Below are positions 37,603 to 49,263 of a stretch of DNA of 64,000 nucleotides, piece by piece; the first letter of the stretch is position 1, and every line of letters begins with the position of its first letter. The position numbers were made by a program, and so were the translations under genes. The stretch lies in the IMG/VR virus record IMGVR_UViG_3300037400_002947, positions 54,999 through 118,998 of that record. The stretch is one strand, 5' to 3'. The notes beneath the pieces are model-generated. The model did no database searches. It was not told the origin of the DNA and saw only the letters and a list, made by a program, of their open reading frames with translations. Origin of the DNA: a virus. Taxonomy: Duplodnaviria > Caudoviricetes.

Positions 37603-38753
37603 AGAACTACGTAGTAAAAGTTGTCCGTAACACAGTTGATGTAGGGTACATCACCATCAAGGCAGATAGCGCCGCAGAAGCTGTGCGGAAATATTATTAT
37701 CCAATCGCCGGAGTTGAAGACATTGTCTTTGACGATGAGATTGATTGGGAAGAAACGGAAATGGAATATACGGCAACAGCTGAGGAGGATTGATCATGGA
37801 AAACAGAATCGAGTTTATCAAGGAAATGGAAACATTCTGCCGTAAGTGTCGCGCACTCGAAGACCTTGTCATTGAGCGTGGTTATGTAGCGTATCACTTC
37901 GACCGCCCCGAGTGGGAACAGAAAGAGTTCGTTAAGACAAACGGAGAGATTCCGGTCGGAAATGACGAGTGCATCTGCATCAGATGGAAGGATCAGTCGC
38001 CGAAGTTCGGAATCATTCAGCCGATTAACGGAGACAGCTGCTACGGAATTCTGATTGATGCGATGAAACATATCACTAGGATTGGCTGATTGCCAAGAAA
38101 GGGGACAATGTTATGAAGAATTATTTGTTAGATGCGGTAAAGGAGTTCGCGGAGTACAACTTTAATCTTCCGGACGAAGAACAGGTGACGGTAGAAACAG
38201 AATTTGTCAACCTGTCAAATCCGTGGATGGATCAGTCGGGGCGCTTCGAACTGACCGACTACGAAGCAGTGAAGGAATGGGGATTACCTGCCGTTGTTGC
38301 TTTCTACGAGAAAGCGATGTCGTTAAGGCAAATGGTGAAGTGGATTGCGGAAAGGATGGAAATGAATGGCTAATTACAGAACTGTTCGTGAACTGAAACC
38401 GTATAAAGGAGCCGAGATTACTCGGCTTCACAAGGATGGAATCTTTAGTTACTTCGCATTCATGGGTGACGGAACGACTCTTCGGGCGAGGACATTAAAA
38501 GAACTGAAGGGAAAGGTAAGAGAGTATGACAAAGCGGAGCTGTGCTAACTGTGAACATCGTGCGTGGAGCAGTTGGAGTGGCATCGATTACTGTATGTGG
38601 TACGAGATGGTGACGACAGATGAGGAGTACGAAAAAGAAGCGGCGGTTTGCCAGAAGTATGAAGAAGGAACACCATACTGCTTAACGGAAGAGGCGCTGC
38701 ATGAGAATGACCGTGACGAGTGGGATTACTACTGGTCGACACGGGGTGTCTAA
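37599..38753 (+). other. Run of small hypothetical CDS (to 37793, 37790-38089, 38113-38373, 38366-38548, 38526-38753)
   Basis: Tightly packed plus-strand ORFs with RBS or overlapping stops and starts. Confidence 0.6.
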
Positions 38754-38771
38754 GCGAAAGGAGATTTAATT

Positions 38772-39314
38772 ATGGCATCTATCAACGGTATTGAAATTAA
38801 GAACCTCAAAACATTTCGTGACCACGAAGGAGCGCAGATTGCACAGGGAGACGTATGGTGTGATGGAAAGAAGGTCGGCTTCTGGTCGCAGGATTCCTGG
38901 GGCGGACCCGATTTATTCGACGGTTGCGAGAAGATTGTTGCGCAGCGAGCGAAACTGTTTGCGGAAGGGTATCCGAAGGAAGATAAATACGCAGACTTTC
39001 AAGATGATCCAGCCATCTTTATGGGTCATCTTTTGGCACTCAAAGAGGACGAGAAGACCTACAACAAGTATTTCAAGAAAGGATATCCGAGCCTTGTATG
39101 TGTAACTGATGGTTGGCATTACAGCGCACAGGCTTTTGCGCAACGTCTCACAAAAGCAAGTCTCGAATCTGATGTGCTGAAGCCGTACATCGACGAGATG
39201 TTAAAGGGAATGTTTATGGGTAGCGACAAGAAAGTGTATATGTATACAGCCAAAACAGATTTCAAGATTGTGTGCGACAAGAATCATCCGGTTCCAGATC
39301 GGTTTGTCGGATAA
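38772..39314 (+). CDS. Hypothetical protein
   Basis: 180 aa, AAAGGAG RBS. Confidence 0.75.
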   Translation: MASINGIEIKNLKTFRDHEGAQIAQGDVWCDGKKVGFWSQDSWGGPDLFDGCEKIVAQRAKLFAEGYPKEDKYADFQDDPAIFMGHLLALKEDEKTYNKYFKKGYPSLVCVTDGWHYSAQAFAQRLTKASLESDVLKPYIDEMLKGMFMGSDKKVYMYTAKTDFKIVCDKNHPVPDRFVG

Positions 39315-39333
39315 TAGGCAGAAGGGAGCACCA

Positions 39334-39705
39334 ATGAAAGTCATTACCATAAGGGAACCGTATGTGACACCGATCATGCTGGGACTGAAGCATTACGAAA
39401 CCAGAAGCTGGAAGACGAACTACCGAGGAGAGATTTACGTCCACACGGCAAAGACGCTTTTACACAGTGACGTAACTGTAGTTCCGCAATTGCCACTTGG
39501 TCATATTGTATTGAAGGCAAAGCTGACTGATTGTATCTACATGGACGATGAATTTGTAAACGCCATTAAGAAAAATGAAACAGAATACAATCTCGGCTTT
39601 TACGAAGTTGGTCGATATGCATGGAAGCTTGAAGATGTCGAATTAATTACGCCAATTGAGGCAAAAGGAAAGCTAGGTGTATGGAATTTTTACAAGCAGA
39701 TGTAA
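39334..39705 (+). CDS. ASCH-domain protein
   Basis: ITIREPY..I..GLKHYETRSWKTNYRG...AKGKLGVW. Confidence 0.85.
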   Translation: MKVITIREPYVTPIMLGLKHYETRSWKTNYRGEIYVHTAKTLLHSDVTVVPQLPLGHIVLKAKLTDCIYMDDEFVNAIKKNETEYNLGFYEVGRYAWKLEDVELITPIEAKGKLGVWNFYKQM

Positions 39706-39729
39706 AACGCAGACAGAGGAGAAAAACAT

Positions 39730-42700
39730 ATGACGATTTATGTGGTAAGTAAAACGCTTTACGGAAAAGATGTTGTAGATGATCTCGGCTACAGAGGATG
39801 CTCAACGGAAATCATCGGCGCTTTTCTCAACGAGGATTATGCGCGAGACTTGCAGGAAGACACACTGAACGCAAGCGACTTAAATATCTATCCGTATGAA
39901 GGCGAAGCGGATCCGGACGAGACGTACATTGACGTCGTCCTTGAAGAAGTGGAGGTGGGCGAATGATTGATTATATTGAATACAACGGAAAGTGCTGGCG
40001 TGTCGAATGGGTATATGTCGAAGGTTGGGGCAACCGCTTAATCGGAACCGAATCTTTAGAGCGAGAGTTAATCCCCAATGGAAAGTACAGGGACGAAGAG
40101 GCAGAGCATATTGATGATTCTATCTTCTATTATGTGCCAGACAAAGAGATCAATAGAAAGGATCTTGGGCAATATGTCTCGCAGGAAGTTGGATGAATAA
40201 TTATGCATAAAGAGAAAACGTTGTGCACATTTAACAAAAGGAGAGGGTGCATATGTATAAGGAAATGAAGCTGATGGATCTGGCAAAACTCGTATACGAA
40301 ATGCGAAGCGGAGAAACAATCGACTTCGCAAACGGAACGGCTGATGAAGCTAATTTGTATGGTGGATGGTGCGGCGTCAAGATGATCGAAGATTTCGGTC
40401 AGGACAATCTTCAGTACTTAATTGGGCATTACGGCGGACAGGCCTATGTAAAACATTACGCCATCAGCGAGTATGATGAAAGAATTGGAGATTTTTGCGA
40501 ATCTCACACGAGAGATGTTGATTGCATCGCTCGAATGCTTGCCGACTTCATCATCTTCTATGATGACGTTGTAAGCGAAACCGTCACCGTTGACCTTCCG
40601 GATACGGAACTAGTTGAGATTTGCCCACACTGCTACCATGAAAACCACGTCTTAAACTGGGACGTTGAAAAGCGCGGTTATATTGCGGAATGTGATGAAT
40701 GCGGAAAGAAAATGTTCCTTTGCGACGCATGCTTACATGCTGACGATAATCCTCAACAGACATGTGACTGGCACACGGAAACAATGTGCGGAGTAACGTT
40801 TAGCAGCTGCAAAAGAGGGAGATATAAAGAATGAGAGTAAAAGAACTTAAGAAAATCCTTGATGGGATGAACGAAGAAGCGATCGTATATATCAGTAATC
40901 CTAATCTTTACGGAAGTGATTATCAGACGGCGCATGAGACGTGCGGCATCCGGTATGTTGTCAGCGCAAACGAAGAAGTCTGGTTCGAAACGTACGCAGA
41001 CGAGAACATCGGCGACGAGGTAGAAGCGGTTGCAGATATGATAATCGAAAACGGAATGAGTGATAATGACTATGTCGACGAGCTGTTTGCGCCGGACGGA
41101 CACGCATACACGATGGAAGACATCCGAAAGAATTGCGAGCCGAGCGTCTATTACTGGCTGCGCGACAACGAGTACAGAAAGGAAATGTATCCAGATGTTT
41201 AATAAAGAAGGAAAGCTTGAGGTAACCATCTACTGCGATTCTACCGGACTATTCAGCGAAAGCGAATGCAATGCAGATAACGTGTGTGACATGATGTTCG
41301 ACGAAGCGGTCGTTGAAGAGTGGTTCGAAGAGAGAATTTCGCCGCATGTCGATTATGGGTTTGAAGTCTGGTATTTGGAAGAATATACCTGCGATGATAC
41401 AGATGGGTTATACGATTACGCTGTTGCTAAAGGAGACCATCCGTACTTTGACATTGGAAACCTCTGCAATGTGTTCTACAGAGATCCTTATAATTACAAG
41501 TATGTTGTGTTCACCGGAGACTTGACCGAGTGCCGTGAGTTTGGAAGGGAGAACGAGTGGGTTTGGCGGTGTGACGACGATTACTATGATGTTCATGAAG
41601 AATATGAATTGGAGGTGTGCTAATGATTACAGCAAACGCATATACAATAGTTGAATTTGATAACGATGGAAGGGAAAGAATTGAATCGGCAATCTTTACG
41701 ATTCGCGACGTCGTTGATGCGCTGAGAAAAGTCGGCGGTCAGACTTCCGGTCTTGAAGACGAACTTGAAACTGGAGCAAGTTGTTTACAGGCTATACTTG
41801 ATAATACGAGGTGGTAATATGACGTACTATGAAAATGAAAAAGGAGAGTATGTATATGAATAATAACAAAGTTAAAGAAATCATCAACGCAGAATTCGAC
41901 GGGCGTCTTGGACTTGCTGTTGTCAGCTATTTGCTTGGGCAGGTTGGAATGGACAACGCAAAAGAAATCACTGACAAAGAAATCGAATCCGTGAAAGGCA
42001 ATGCGCTCATGACCGACTCGTTTTCTCAGGCGATGGTTCGGTGTGCTCGGCGAATCGCCCAGGAATGTAGCCTCATCAATGACGTTATTCCGTACATCAT
42101 TACGGAATACGGATATCTCGCCAGGGGAATCACGCAGGAACGGACGGCGGATATTCTGCGAGACTATATTGATAGAGATTTGGGCTATACAGACGTGGGA
42201 TATGTAAGGGAAACGCTTACAGACTACTGTGGTTGCGACGAAAAGGAACTGGTCGCTCTTGAACTCTTTGATTGGCTTGGGTTTGACAAGGAGGATGAAG
42301 ATTATGAATAAGTTTTACATTATAAATTACAGACTTCCCAACGGATATCTGATTAGCTGCCATACATTTTGGAATTATTATGAAGCGAAACAGATGATGG
42401 TTGAGGCTTGTAACTGGGATTACGAACTTGTTGAGTCAAACGACACGCATATGATTTGGGAGGCGGAATAATATGAGAATTTTAGTTGATGACACAATTA
42501 AAGAATTTAATGAAATTTCCACTGGCAAGGGATGGGGTGACGGGAACAATCCCGACATTGATCCCCCAACAGCTTATTGGGTCGACTTTTTTGTGTTCGG
42601 GGGAACTGAATTTGATTTTGACGGATATTACGTTTTAGACGGTACTGCGGAGTCCTATAGAAAAGCAGAGCAGAATTACAAATTCGTGCTTAATAAGCTG

Positions 42701-43594
42701 TTAAAGCATGGGTTCTGTGAAGAAAGCGATTTTGAAAACTTTGAATTCAATTGGTAAGGAAAGGAGATGTACAGATGATAATTGACATCGACGACAGAGA
42801 GGAATTAGCAAAGTGGACCTGGGAGGCCATCACCGCAGCAATGGATTTCTCGCCGAGCGAGCAGACTCATTTCTGCTATAAAGGAAACGAATTGCTTTGC
42901 GACACGGAGCAGAGAGCCGAAGTGATTGCCGACTTCTTTGATGCGCTTGGCTTCTTTTATGTCAGAACCGGATACTACGATCCAATTGAAGATGAGAGAA
43001 ACGGCGAGGTCGACGAGTATACCGGCTGGTACTATGTGGATTTTGATTAAGAAGGAGGTATTATAATGAGCACTCTTGATAAGCTCTATGGTCTTAAACC
43101 GTACACACTTGAGGATGAGCTGAACCTTCCGGATGCGCAGCGGTGCACCAGAAACAACAAAGTTTTTATGATCGATTGCCTGTCGAACATGAAAAATCAG
43201 TGTGAATTTATCAAAGACTGGGTTCGCACCATTCCCGAAATCGACGACGAGCGACATGCGGATCTCGTAGATAAACTCGCCACTACTGTAAAGGAAGCAC
43301 GTCATACATTTGATTTGATTTATGCTTGCATGGAAGGAGATGGAAGATAATATGATTGGAGAAGTTGTAAAAATCATCGTTGATTATCCTGCCGGATGCG
43401 GCATTAACGAATATGTACAGGGTGCAATCGGTGTAGTTGACGAGTATGATGCGGAAGGTAATTGTTTCAAAGTACGCACAAGTAAAAGCGAAACTGATGG
43501 GTGGTGGTTTGATGCAGGCGAATTTGTTATGGCGAATGACGACGAGTGCAGAGCTGCGCTTAGGGACGCTCTAACAAGTGCTGGACATATTTAA
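39730..43594 (+). other. Run of ~12 small, mostly acidic hypothetical CDS
   Basis: Consecutive ORFs 39730-39966, 39963-40196, 40247-40834, 40831-41202, to 41623, 41617-41817, 41829-42311, to 42471, 42473-42757, to 43050, 43066-43350, to 43594. Confidence 0.65.
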
Positions 43595-43610
43595 AGGTTA
43601 TAGATATAAT
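43582..43610 (+). promoter_or_regulatory. Sigma-A promoter for the 43636-48447 unit
   Basis: TGGACA-17 bp-TATAAT followed by AGAAAGGAG. Confidence 0.65.
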
Positions 43611-43635
43611 TTGTGTAGAAAGGAGACGAGGTTGA

Positions 43636-44244
43636 ATGTTTGTTGTGTATATGATACTTATTTCTATAGTTGTATATGTTGTGAGATCGTCGCGTAACAT
43701 CTCGGGCGAAAAACGTAGCAAGCGAAACGCAATCGAAAATGGATACAAAACATATACAACTCGTAACGGGTATCAAGCAAGGGTTTCAGATGATGTCGTG
43801 GTTGCCTATAAACATGATCTATTTACAGGTGATACCATCGAATATAACCCCATGACTGGACGAACTTATAGAAATGTTACACGGGATTTAAGGAAGAGAT
43901 ACGACGAAGATGGTCGAAAAAAAGCAATTGCGAAAGGAGAAACGCTTTATTGTTACGATCCTAGAGATAATTGGAGATGCCATCCGGACGGATATGCCGG
44001 AAAGCATTGGAAAGACATGGAGACGGGAAAGTGTTATGTTAAGAGATATGTTGATCTTGGAGCGGCAATAGCATTAGTGAACATTCAGGATGCTAAATTT
44101 GAAAGAATTATTAATATAGAAGAATTAAATGAAACACAGTTAAGAAATGCTAAGAAATATATGGAAATGCACAATGGTTTTTCGAAAGCAATACGTGAAT
44201 CAATAAAGAAATACGCCAATGTATACGAAGGAGATGACAATTAA
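43636..44244 (+). CDS. Membrane-anchored hypothetical protein (AT-rich)
   Basis: Hydrophobic N-terminus followed by a basic domain. Confidence 0.7.
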   Translation: MFVVYMILISIVVYVVRSSRNISGEKRSKRNAIENGYKTYTTRNGYQARVSDDVVVAYKHDLFTGDTIEYNPMTGRTYRNVTRDLRKRYDEDGRKKAIAKGETLYCYDPRDNWRCHPDGYAGKHWKDMETGKCYVKRYVDLGAAIALVNIQDAKFERIINIEELNETQLRNAKKYMEMHNGFSKAIRESIKKYANVYEGDDN

Positions 44245-44764
44245 GATGTTTTATGTTCTTACTTGCGATGGAGCAGTAGCGTATTTGCTCGTTTTTGAAG
44301 AGAAACCAAAAGCAGATGAGTTCTTTATGGAAACATGCAATGCGTTCATCTCGGAGATGGCGAATGATTGTGACGCATTATACTCAATTGATGAATTTGG
44401 TTTTAAAAATGAAAACATAAAGAAACAATTCTTTCTTAAACATTTAGATGGTGATTGGTTCTATATTGAATGCGGTCAAAACAACATACAAAATGGATAC
44501 TTTGTAGGTGTATTTAATGGAATTAAAAATACGAGAATAAAATGCTTTAATGAGGAATTTAAGGCAAAATGTTATGCGCATTTGTTGTATAAAATAATGT
44601 TAAGAAATGGCGAAGACATTAAAAAGGAATGCTTTGAATTAATAGAAGATGGCAACTATGCAATCATACAGTATCTCGATGGAACAGAACTAACTATGAT
44701 GATAAACAAAGTTCTTACAACTAATAAGAAAAATTATTTTTCTTTTATAAAGGAGATGTCGTAA
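44219..44764 (+). CDS. Hypothetical protein (AT-rich)
   Basis: 181-aa ORF; start may be ~44234 after AAGGAG. Confidence 0.65.
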   Translation: MYTKEMTIKMFYVLTCDGAVAYLLVFEEKPKADEFFMETCNAFISEMANDCDALYSIDEFGFKNENIKKQFFLKHLDGDWFYIECGQNNIQNGYFVGVFNGIKNTRIKCFNEEFKAKCYAHLLYKIMLRNGEDIKKECFELIEDGNYAIIQYLDGTELTMMINKVLTTNKKNYFSFIKEMS

Positions 44765-44994
44765 TGAATAGAGAAAGACGTAAAAAGATTATGAATATAC
44801 ATGATGAACTCGAAAACGTAGTTTGCAAGTTAAACGATATACTAGATGACGAACAAATGGCATTCGATTCCATGCCAGAAGGCTTGCAAAGCTCTCAAAG
44901 AGGAGAAGATTCGGAAGAGTCGATTGACAATATGTCTGAGGCGATTGAATATATTGAAAGAGCAATCGAAATGTTAGATGATATATGTATATAA
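44764..44994 (+). CDS. Small acidic helical protein
   Basis: MNRERRKKI...MPEGLQSSQRGE, a common phage family. Confidence 0.7.
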   Translation: MNRERRKKIMNIHDELENVVCKLNDILDDEQMAFDSMPEGLQSSQRGEDSEESIDNMSEAIEYIERAIEMLDDICI

Positions 44995-45008
44995 GGAAGG
45001 AGTCTAAA

Positions 45009-46001
45009 ATGAACGGACGAATTGACAACGAACTAAGAATCGAACGCACGGCGGAAGCGAAACTGAAAACGATGCCAGACTACGTAAATTCCTGGTATCT
45101 AAACATGAAGGCGTCAAAGAAAACTGCGGCCACAAGATGCGATTATGTCAATAAAATCAACAACTTCTTAACATCTATCGATTCGAACACGAAGGATTTA
45201 GCCGCATCAAAAATAACGGAAACGGCGGTGGCTAAATTCTTCATGTCGATTCAGACAAAGAATGTAAACGGAGAGATAAGTTACACATCAGATTCTTATC
45301 AGGCAACAGTCTGGTGCTGCCTTAATAGTTTTCTCGGATACCTTGCAGACCATGGAATGATTGAACAGAACTACGCGAAGTTTATTGACAAGCCAAAGAA
45401 CCACGACCTTGATCGGATTAACGAGCACAGGATTCGCCTTGATGCAAATGACTTCCGCAAAATTATTTCGTCAGTGGATGACGAAATAAATCTTACGCGC
45501 CGTAACAGAGACAGGGCCATACTTATTCTGTTTATGAACACCGGAATGAGAAAGACTGCACTTGCCAACATTATGATTGATGACATTGACTTTGATAAAA
45601 AGGAATTAATCATCATAGATAAGGGAAGTAAACGGCACCAGTACGTTCTCTCTGACGAAGTGATTGATGCAATATCTGAATGGCTAGATGTCCGAAGCGA
45701 CTTTGACAAGGGAATGGGCGACAAACATCTGTTTATCTCCGACCACGGCAATCGTATGGCGAGTTCAACGATGTATGATTTGGTAGCAAAATACACAGAA
45801 AGAGCAATAGGGAAACGGATTAGTCCGCACAAGCTCCGCAGTGGATATTGCAGCATTCTTTATGGGGCCACCGGAGACATCGAATTCGTTCGCAGAGCAG
45901 TTGGGCACGCTTCGGCAACAACGACTGCGCGCTATGTAGTAACTGCCGGAGAAGAGAAGAGAAAGGCCGCAGAAATCATGAACGGATTCTTGACAGCTTG
46001 A
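45009..46001 (+). CDS. Tyrosine recombinase (YopP-like)
   Basis: Full catalytic set TGMR, DKG, HKLR, VGH, TARY. Confidence 0.9.
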   Translation: MNGRIDNELRIERTAEAKLKTMPDYVNSWYLNMKASKKTAATRCDYVNKINNFLTSIDSNTKDLAASKITETAVAKFFMSIQTKNVNGEISYTSDSYQATVWCCLNSFLGYLADHGMIEQNYAKFIDKPKNHDLDRINEHRIRLDANDFRKIISSVDDEINLTRRNRDRAILILFMNTGMRKTALANIMIDDIDFDKKELIIIDKGSKRHQYVLSDEVIDAISEWLDVRSDFDKGMGDKHLFISDHGNRMASSTMYDLVAKYTERAIGKRISPHKLRSGYCSILYGATGDIEFVRRAVGHASATTTARYVVTAGEEKRKAAEIMNGFLTA

Positions 46002-46041
46002 GCAGATGCGAATATAATCGAAAATGAAAGGCGGTGAGAGA

Positions 46042-47229
46042 ATGAAGATAACAGATTACGCTTACGACAAAGATAAATCAAGCAGGCTTGTCGAGATTGT
46101 ATCCGAGAAATTTGGAATGCAAGGTGGCAGAGCGATGGATTTTGTGTCCGGAAGAATGAGCATTGAAAACGCGTCTCTTCTAGAAAAGTTCGCTTTGTAT
46201 TACGCAATGGATCAGATTGATGGAAGCCGTCTTGTGAAGAAAAGCTTTGCCGAAGAACAGATTAATCTGTTAAGTAAACAGAAGTTTAGCAAGGAGAGGG
46301 TAAAGTTCCCTATGAAATTCCACTGCATCCAAATAACAGAAGATCAGTGGATAGGGAAAATATCAGTAAGCGAACTGGTCGGTTTGTACAACGCACAGCT
46401 GATTCACTATAACGTAAATGCGCAGCGCGTGATGAAAAGAATTGTGCGAGGCGGAAATGTAACATACAGAATTGCAATCAATCAGCATGCGGTAAAGCAA
46501 ATCCATGATTTGATGAAGCTTGGTCGTTATATTCCTAACACTATAACGCTCAACATTCCGGTGGATGCGGATTATTTATATGACAAGCAAAGTGAAACGT
46601 TGTTAATAAAATCAGCTGACTACTTCGACATTGCAGACGGATACCATAGACTTCTTGCGCTGCGTAAACTGTACGAAGAAGATGGAGCTGACTTTAATAT
46701 GGAACTGCGTCTCGTTAGTTTTCGAGATGACAAAACTCAGCAGTTCATATTTCAGGAAGATCAGAAAACGAAAATGGCGGCAATTGAGTCTGCTTCGTTA
46801 AATAGGTATGACATCGCAAACAGTGTGGTAAGAGCGCTCAATGAAGAAGACTACAATTTCTGTTGGAGCGGAAACATACGGAGAGACGGCGGACTGGTCA
46901 ACTTCGCTGATCTTGCATGTATAGTTTCATTCTTCTACGTGAAGGGAAAGGATGTTAAGAGCGGACAGGAGCGCCAAACAGTCAATAGAATCAAGAATGA
47001 CTTATATAAGAAGTTAAATACCATATGTGATGCTATTCCGGACATCGGAGAATTGAATTACTCAAAGCTAATGTTGATAGTGTATTGTGCAAGAACATTC
47101 GAAGATAGTGCGGAAATGGTTTTGCATGTACAAAACGGTTTGGCAAGCATGAATCAGCTTGATAAAAACATGTTTTCGGTTAGAAGACCCAGAAAGGCTC
47201 AGGTAAAAGAAATTCAATCCATCATTTAG
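46042..47229 (+). CDS. DGQHR/DndB (ParB-Srx)-domain protein (YopQ-like)
   Basis: YNVNAQR, PNTITLN, IADGYHR. Confidence 0.75.
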   Translation: MKITDYAYDKDKSSRLVEIVSEKFGMQGGRAMDFVSGRMSIENASLLEKFALYYAMDQIDGSRLVKKSFAEEQINLLSKQKFSKERVKFPMKFHCIQITEDQWIGKISVSELVGLYNAQLIHYNVNAQRVMKRIVRGGNVTYRIAINQHAVKQIHDLMKLGRYIPNTITLNIPVDADYLYDKQSETLLIKSADYFDIADGYHRLLALRKLYEEDGADFNMELRLVSFRDDKTQQFIFQEDQKTKMAAIESASLNRYDIANSVVRALNEEDYNFCWSGNIRRDGGLVNFADLACIVSFFYVKGKDVKSGQERQTVNRIKNDLYKKLNTICDAIPDIGELNYSKLMLIVYCARTFEDSAEMVLHVQNGLASMNQLDKNMFSVRRPRKAQVKEIQSII

Positions 47230-47246
47230 AAAGGGTGTACAAACAA

Positions 47247-48179
47247 ATGTACAACAAGGAGCGTAAACTACAATTCATAGAAGAGAAGACGGCGGGCAGT
47301 TCCATCACAGTATCATCGCTGACAACGGCATTTAAATCATCTGCTCCATTTGAAGAATCATTAGAAAAAGATTTATGTAATTTCGTTGCAAGCGAAATAG
47401 AAAATATGTTTCGCACATTAAATTTTACATCATTAGGAAGGGCAATGGTTGTGAAATCATATTACACGGGGTATACGGACTGGTGTTTGCAGCAAGGATA
47501 TGTAATAGATTTTCAGAATCACTTCTTGGAAATACGCAAATCAGATCTTGAGAATATGGTCAACTTCGCGGTGATAGACAAGCGCGAAATTCACAGAGAG
47601 GACGTGATGGAATGGTGCGGACAACTTGACAACCCTTCCGACAAGGCTATTCTTCTCGCCTTGTACGAAGGCATTAAGGGAGAAGGTTATCGTGAAATAT
47701 ATGAAATGAAAGGTGGCGATGTCGATTACGAAAACAAAACAATTTTCATCCCAAGCAGAGGGAAATGTGTTCCGGCATCCAAGGAATTGCTTGCTTTTAT
47801 TCGGAGCGCCGTAGAGGAAACGGAATATATATCTATGAGCGGCAATAGGGGCGTTGTACATCTGCGACCTTCCGATTTGGTCGTTAAGGATGCGGTCAAT
47901 TCATTTGGTGATCAAGAAAGGCAGCGAGTAAACGCGGCACGGAAAGTGCATAATAGAGTTAAAAGGTGCTTCAATGCTCTCGGAATCAGCAAATGGATGT
48001 CTGTCAACGCAATTTGGATTGCTGGATTATGTGACTACATTAACTATGCTGCAAAGGAAAGCGGACAGGATACTAGAACATATCTCAATAACAACGTAGA
48101 TAAAATAAAAGAAAGATTTAATTATAATATCGATCCATACAGCTTCTACAAACAGTATGAATCATATTTGAAAGGATGA
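47247..48179 (+). CDS. MrpR/YopR-like repressor (degenerate tyrosine-recombinase fold)
   Basis: MYNKERKLQFIEE...FEESLEKDLCNF; LYEGIKG in place of TGxR, no HxxR; third gene of a yopPQR-like trio. Confidence 0.7.
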   Translation: MYNKERKLQFIEEKTAGSSITVSSLTTAFKSSAPFEESLEKDLCNFVASEIENMFRTLNFTSLGRAMVVKSYYTGYTDWCLQQGYVIDFQNHFLEIRKSDLENMVNFAVIDKREIHREDVMEWCGQLDNPSDKAILLALYEGIKGEGYREIYEMKGGDVDYENKTIFIPSRGKCVPASKELLAFIRSAVEETEYISMSGNRGVVHLRPSDLVVKDAVNSFGDQERQRVNAARKVHNRVKRCFNALGISKWMSVNAIWIAGLCDYINYAAKESGQDTRTYLNNNVDKIKERFNYNIDPYSFYKQYESYLKG

Positions 48180-48183
48180 AGAA

Positions 48184-48447
48184 TTGCGAGCGTCAGATTT
48201 TCTTAAGAGCTTGGACTGTAATCAAATCGTTGTTTCTGCATATTTTCCAGGAGTGGCTGAGATTAATTTCGACGCCACTCCGGCGGACATCCAATTTTAT
48301 GACGATGACGTTAGAATCGGAACAGAAGATTGCGGCATAAACATATACGGAATTGATAATTACTTATTAACAAAAGATGAATTTGAAGAGGATTACACCA
48401 TTTATAATGAGGCTACCGGAGCGGACATCATGCTCAGTTTGATGTAG
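48184..48447 (+). CDS. Small acidic hypothetical protein
   Basis: 87 aa, TTG start. Confidence 0.55.
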   Translation: MRASDFLKSLDCNQIVVSAYFPGVAEINFDATPADIQFYDDDVRIGTEDCGINIYGIDNYLLTKDEFEEDYTIYNEATGADIMLSLM

Positions 48448-48449
48448 AC

Positions 48450-48477
48450 TTGACAAAGTAAATGTTATTGATATACT
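48450..48477 (+). promoter_or_regulatory. Sigma-A promoter of the replication operon
   Basis: TTGACA-16 bp-TATACT with extended TG; motif copy at 48521. Confidence 0.75.
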
Positions 48478-48555
48478 TAGGACAGAAGGAGAGGATATCT
48501 CCTTTTAACCTAGGTTTGAAGATGCAAATATAACAGATATTATGATTGGAGAAAA

Positions 48556-49263
48556 TTGCTTATGAAATATTATAGCGAAGTAACAAAGAAAATGTACAAT
48601 ACAATTGAGGCACTTCAGAAAGCAGAAAAATCAAATGCCGCGGATCAGCTGGATGTCATTAAGAAGCGCAAAAAGGAACTCGATGTCCTAATGGATGACC
48701 TTTTCAGAATGACCGACGAGTATATTAGGAATGGCGGCGACGCAGACGCCCTCGATGACCTGTTTTTTGAAGGAGCGGGACTCGGATTCCTTTTCAAGGC
48801 AAAAGCAGAACTTAGCAAGAACGAGGACTAATGACGATGTATGTACTTGAAGCCGAGAAGAAAAGAAGCATAGAATTTGAGAAAATCAGAAACGGAACCG
48901 TTTTTACAATGGACGGCATTTCGTATCTGAAGGGTGATGGAAAGTACGCCGTAGATCTTAAGACCGGACACGTTCTTGAGCCGGAAAAGATTGGCGAATG
49001 GAATGAATGCTACATATATCCGAAGGCGTCTCTCAAGTTACATTGAGAGGGGCAGCCAAATGGAACGGATATGTAGCAGTTGCGGAATGCAATTTCATAT
49101 AGAAGAGGCAAAAGCTTGGTGGGACTTTAAGGGTAGCGGATATGACACCAAGCTTTATCGTTGCCCAACGTGTGACAATATAAATGTTATTGGGTATTAT
49201 GAAGAGCCGGACAGAACAGACTGGTATTATGATTATAGGAGGAAATTGAATGGCAGGATTTAA
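48556..49263 (+). other. Three small CDS (48556-48831, 48831-49046, Zn-ribbon ~49060-49263)
   Basis: Coupled ORFs upstream of the ATPase. Confidence 0.6.

Noticed and set aside
43582-45008. Arbitrium aimR/aimP
   Set aside because: No HTH-TPR receptor and no short secreted pro-peptide gene.
45009-46001. Prophage integrase with an adjacent att site
   Set aside because: It is internal, flanked by phage genes on both sides, with no host junction or att core seen.
15296-47229. Dnd phosphorothioate system (IscS plus DndB-like protein)
   Set aside because: The genes are ~30 kb apart, no dndC/D/E is visible, and the DGxHR gene fits the yopQ position.
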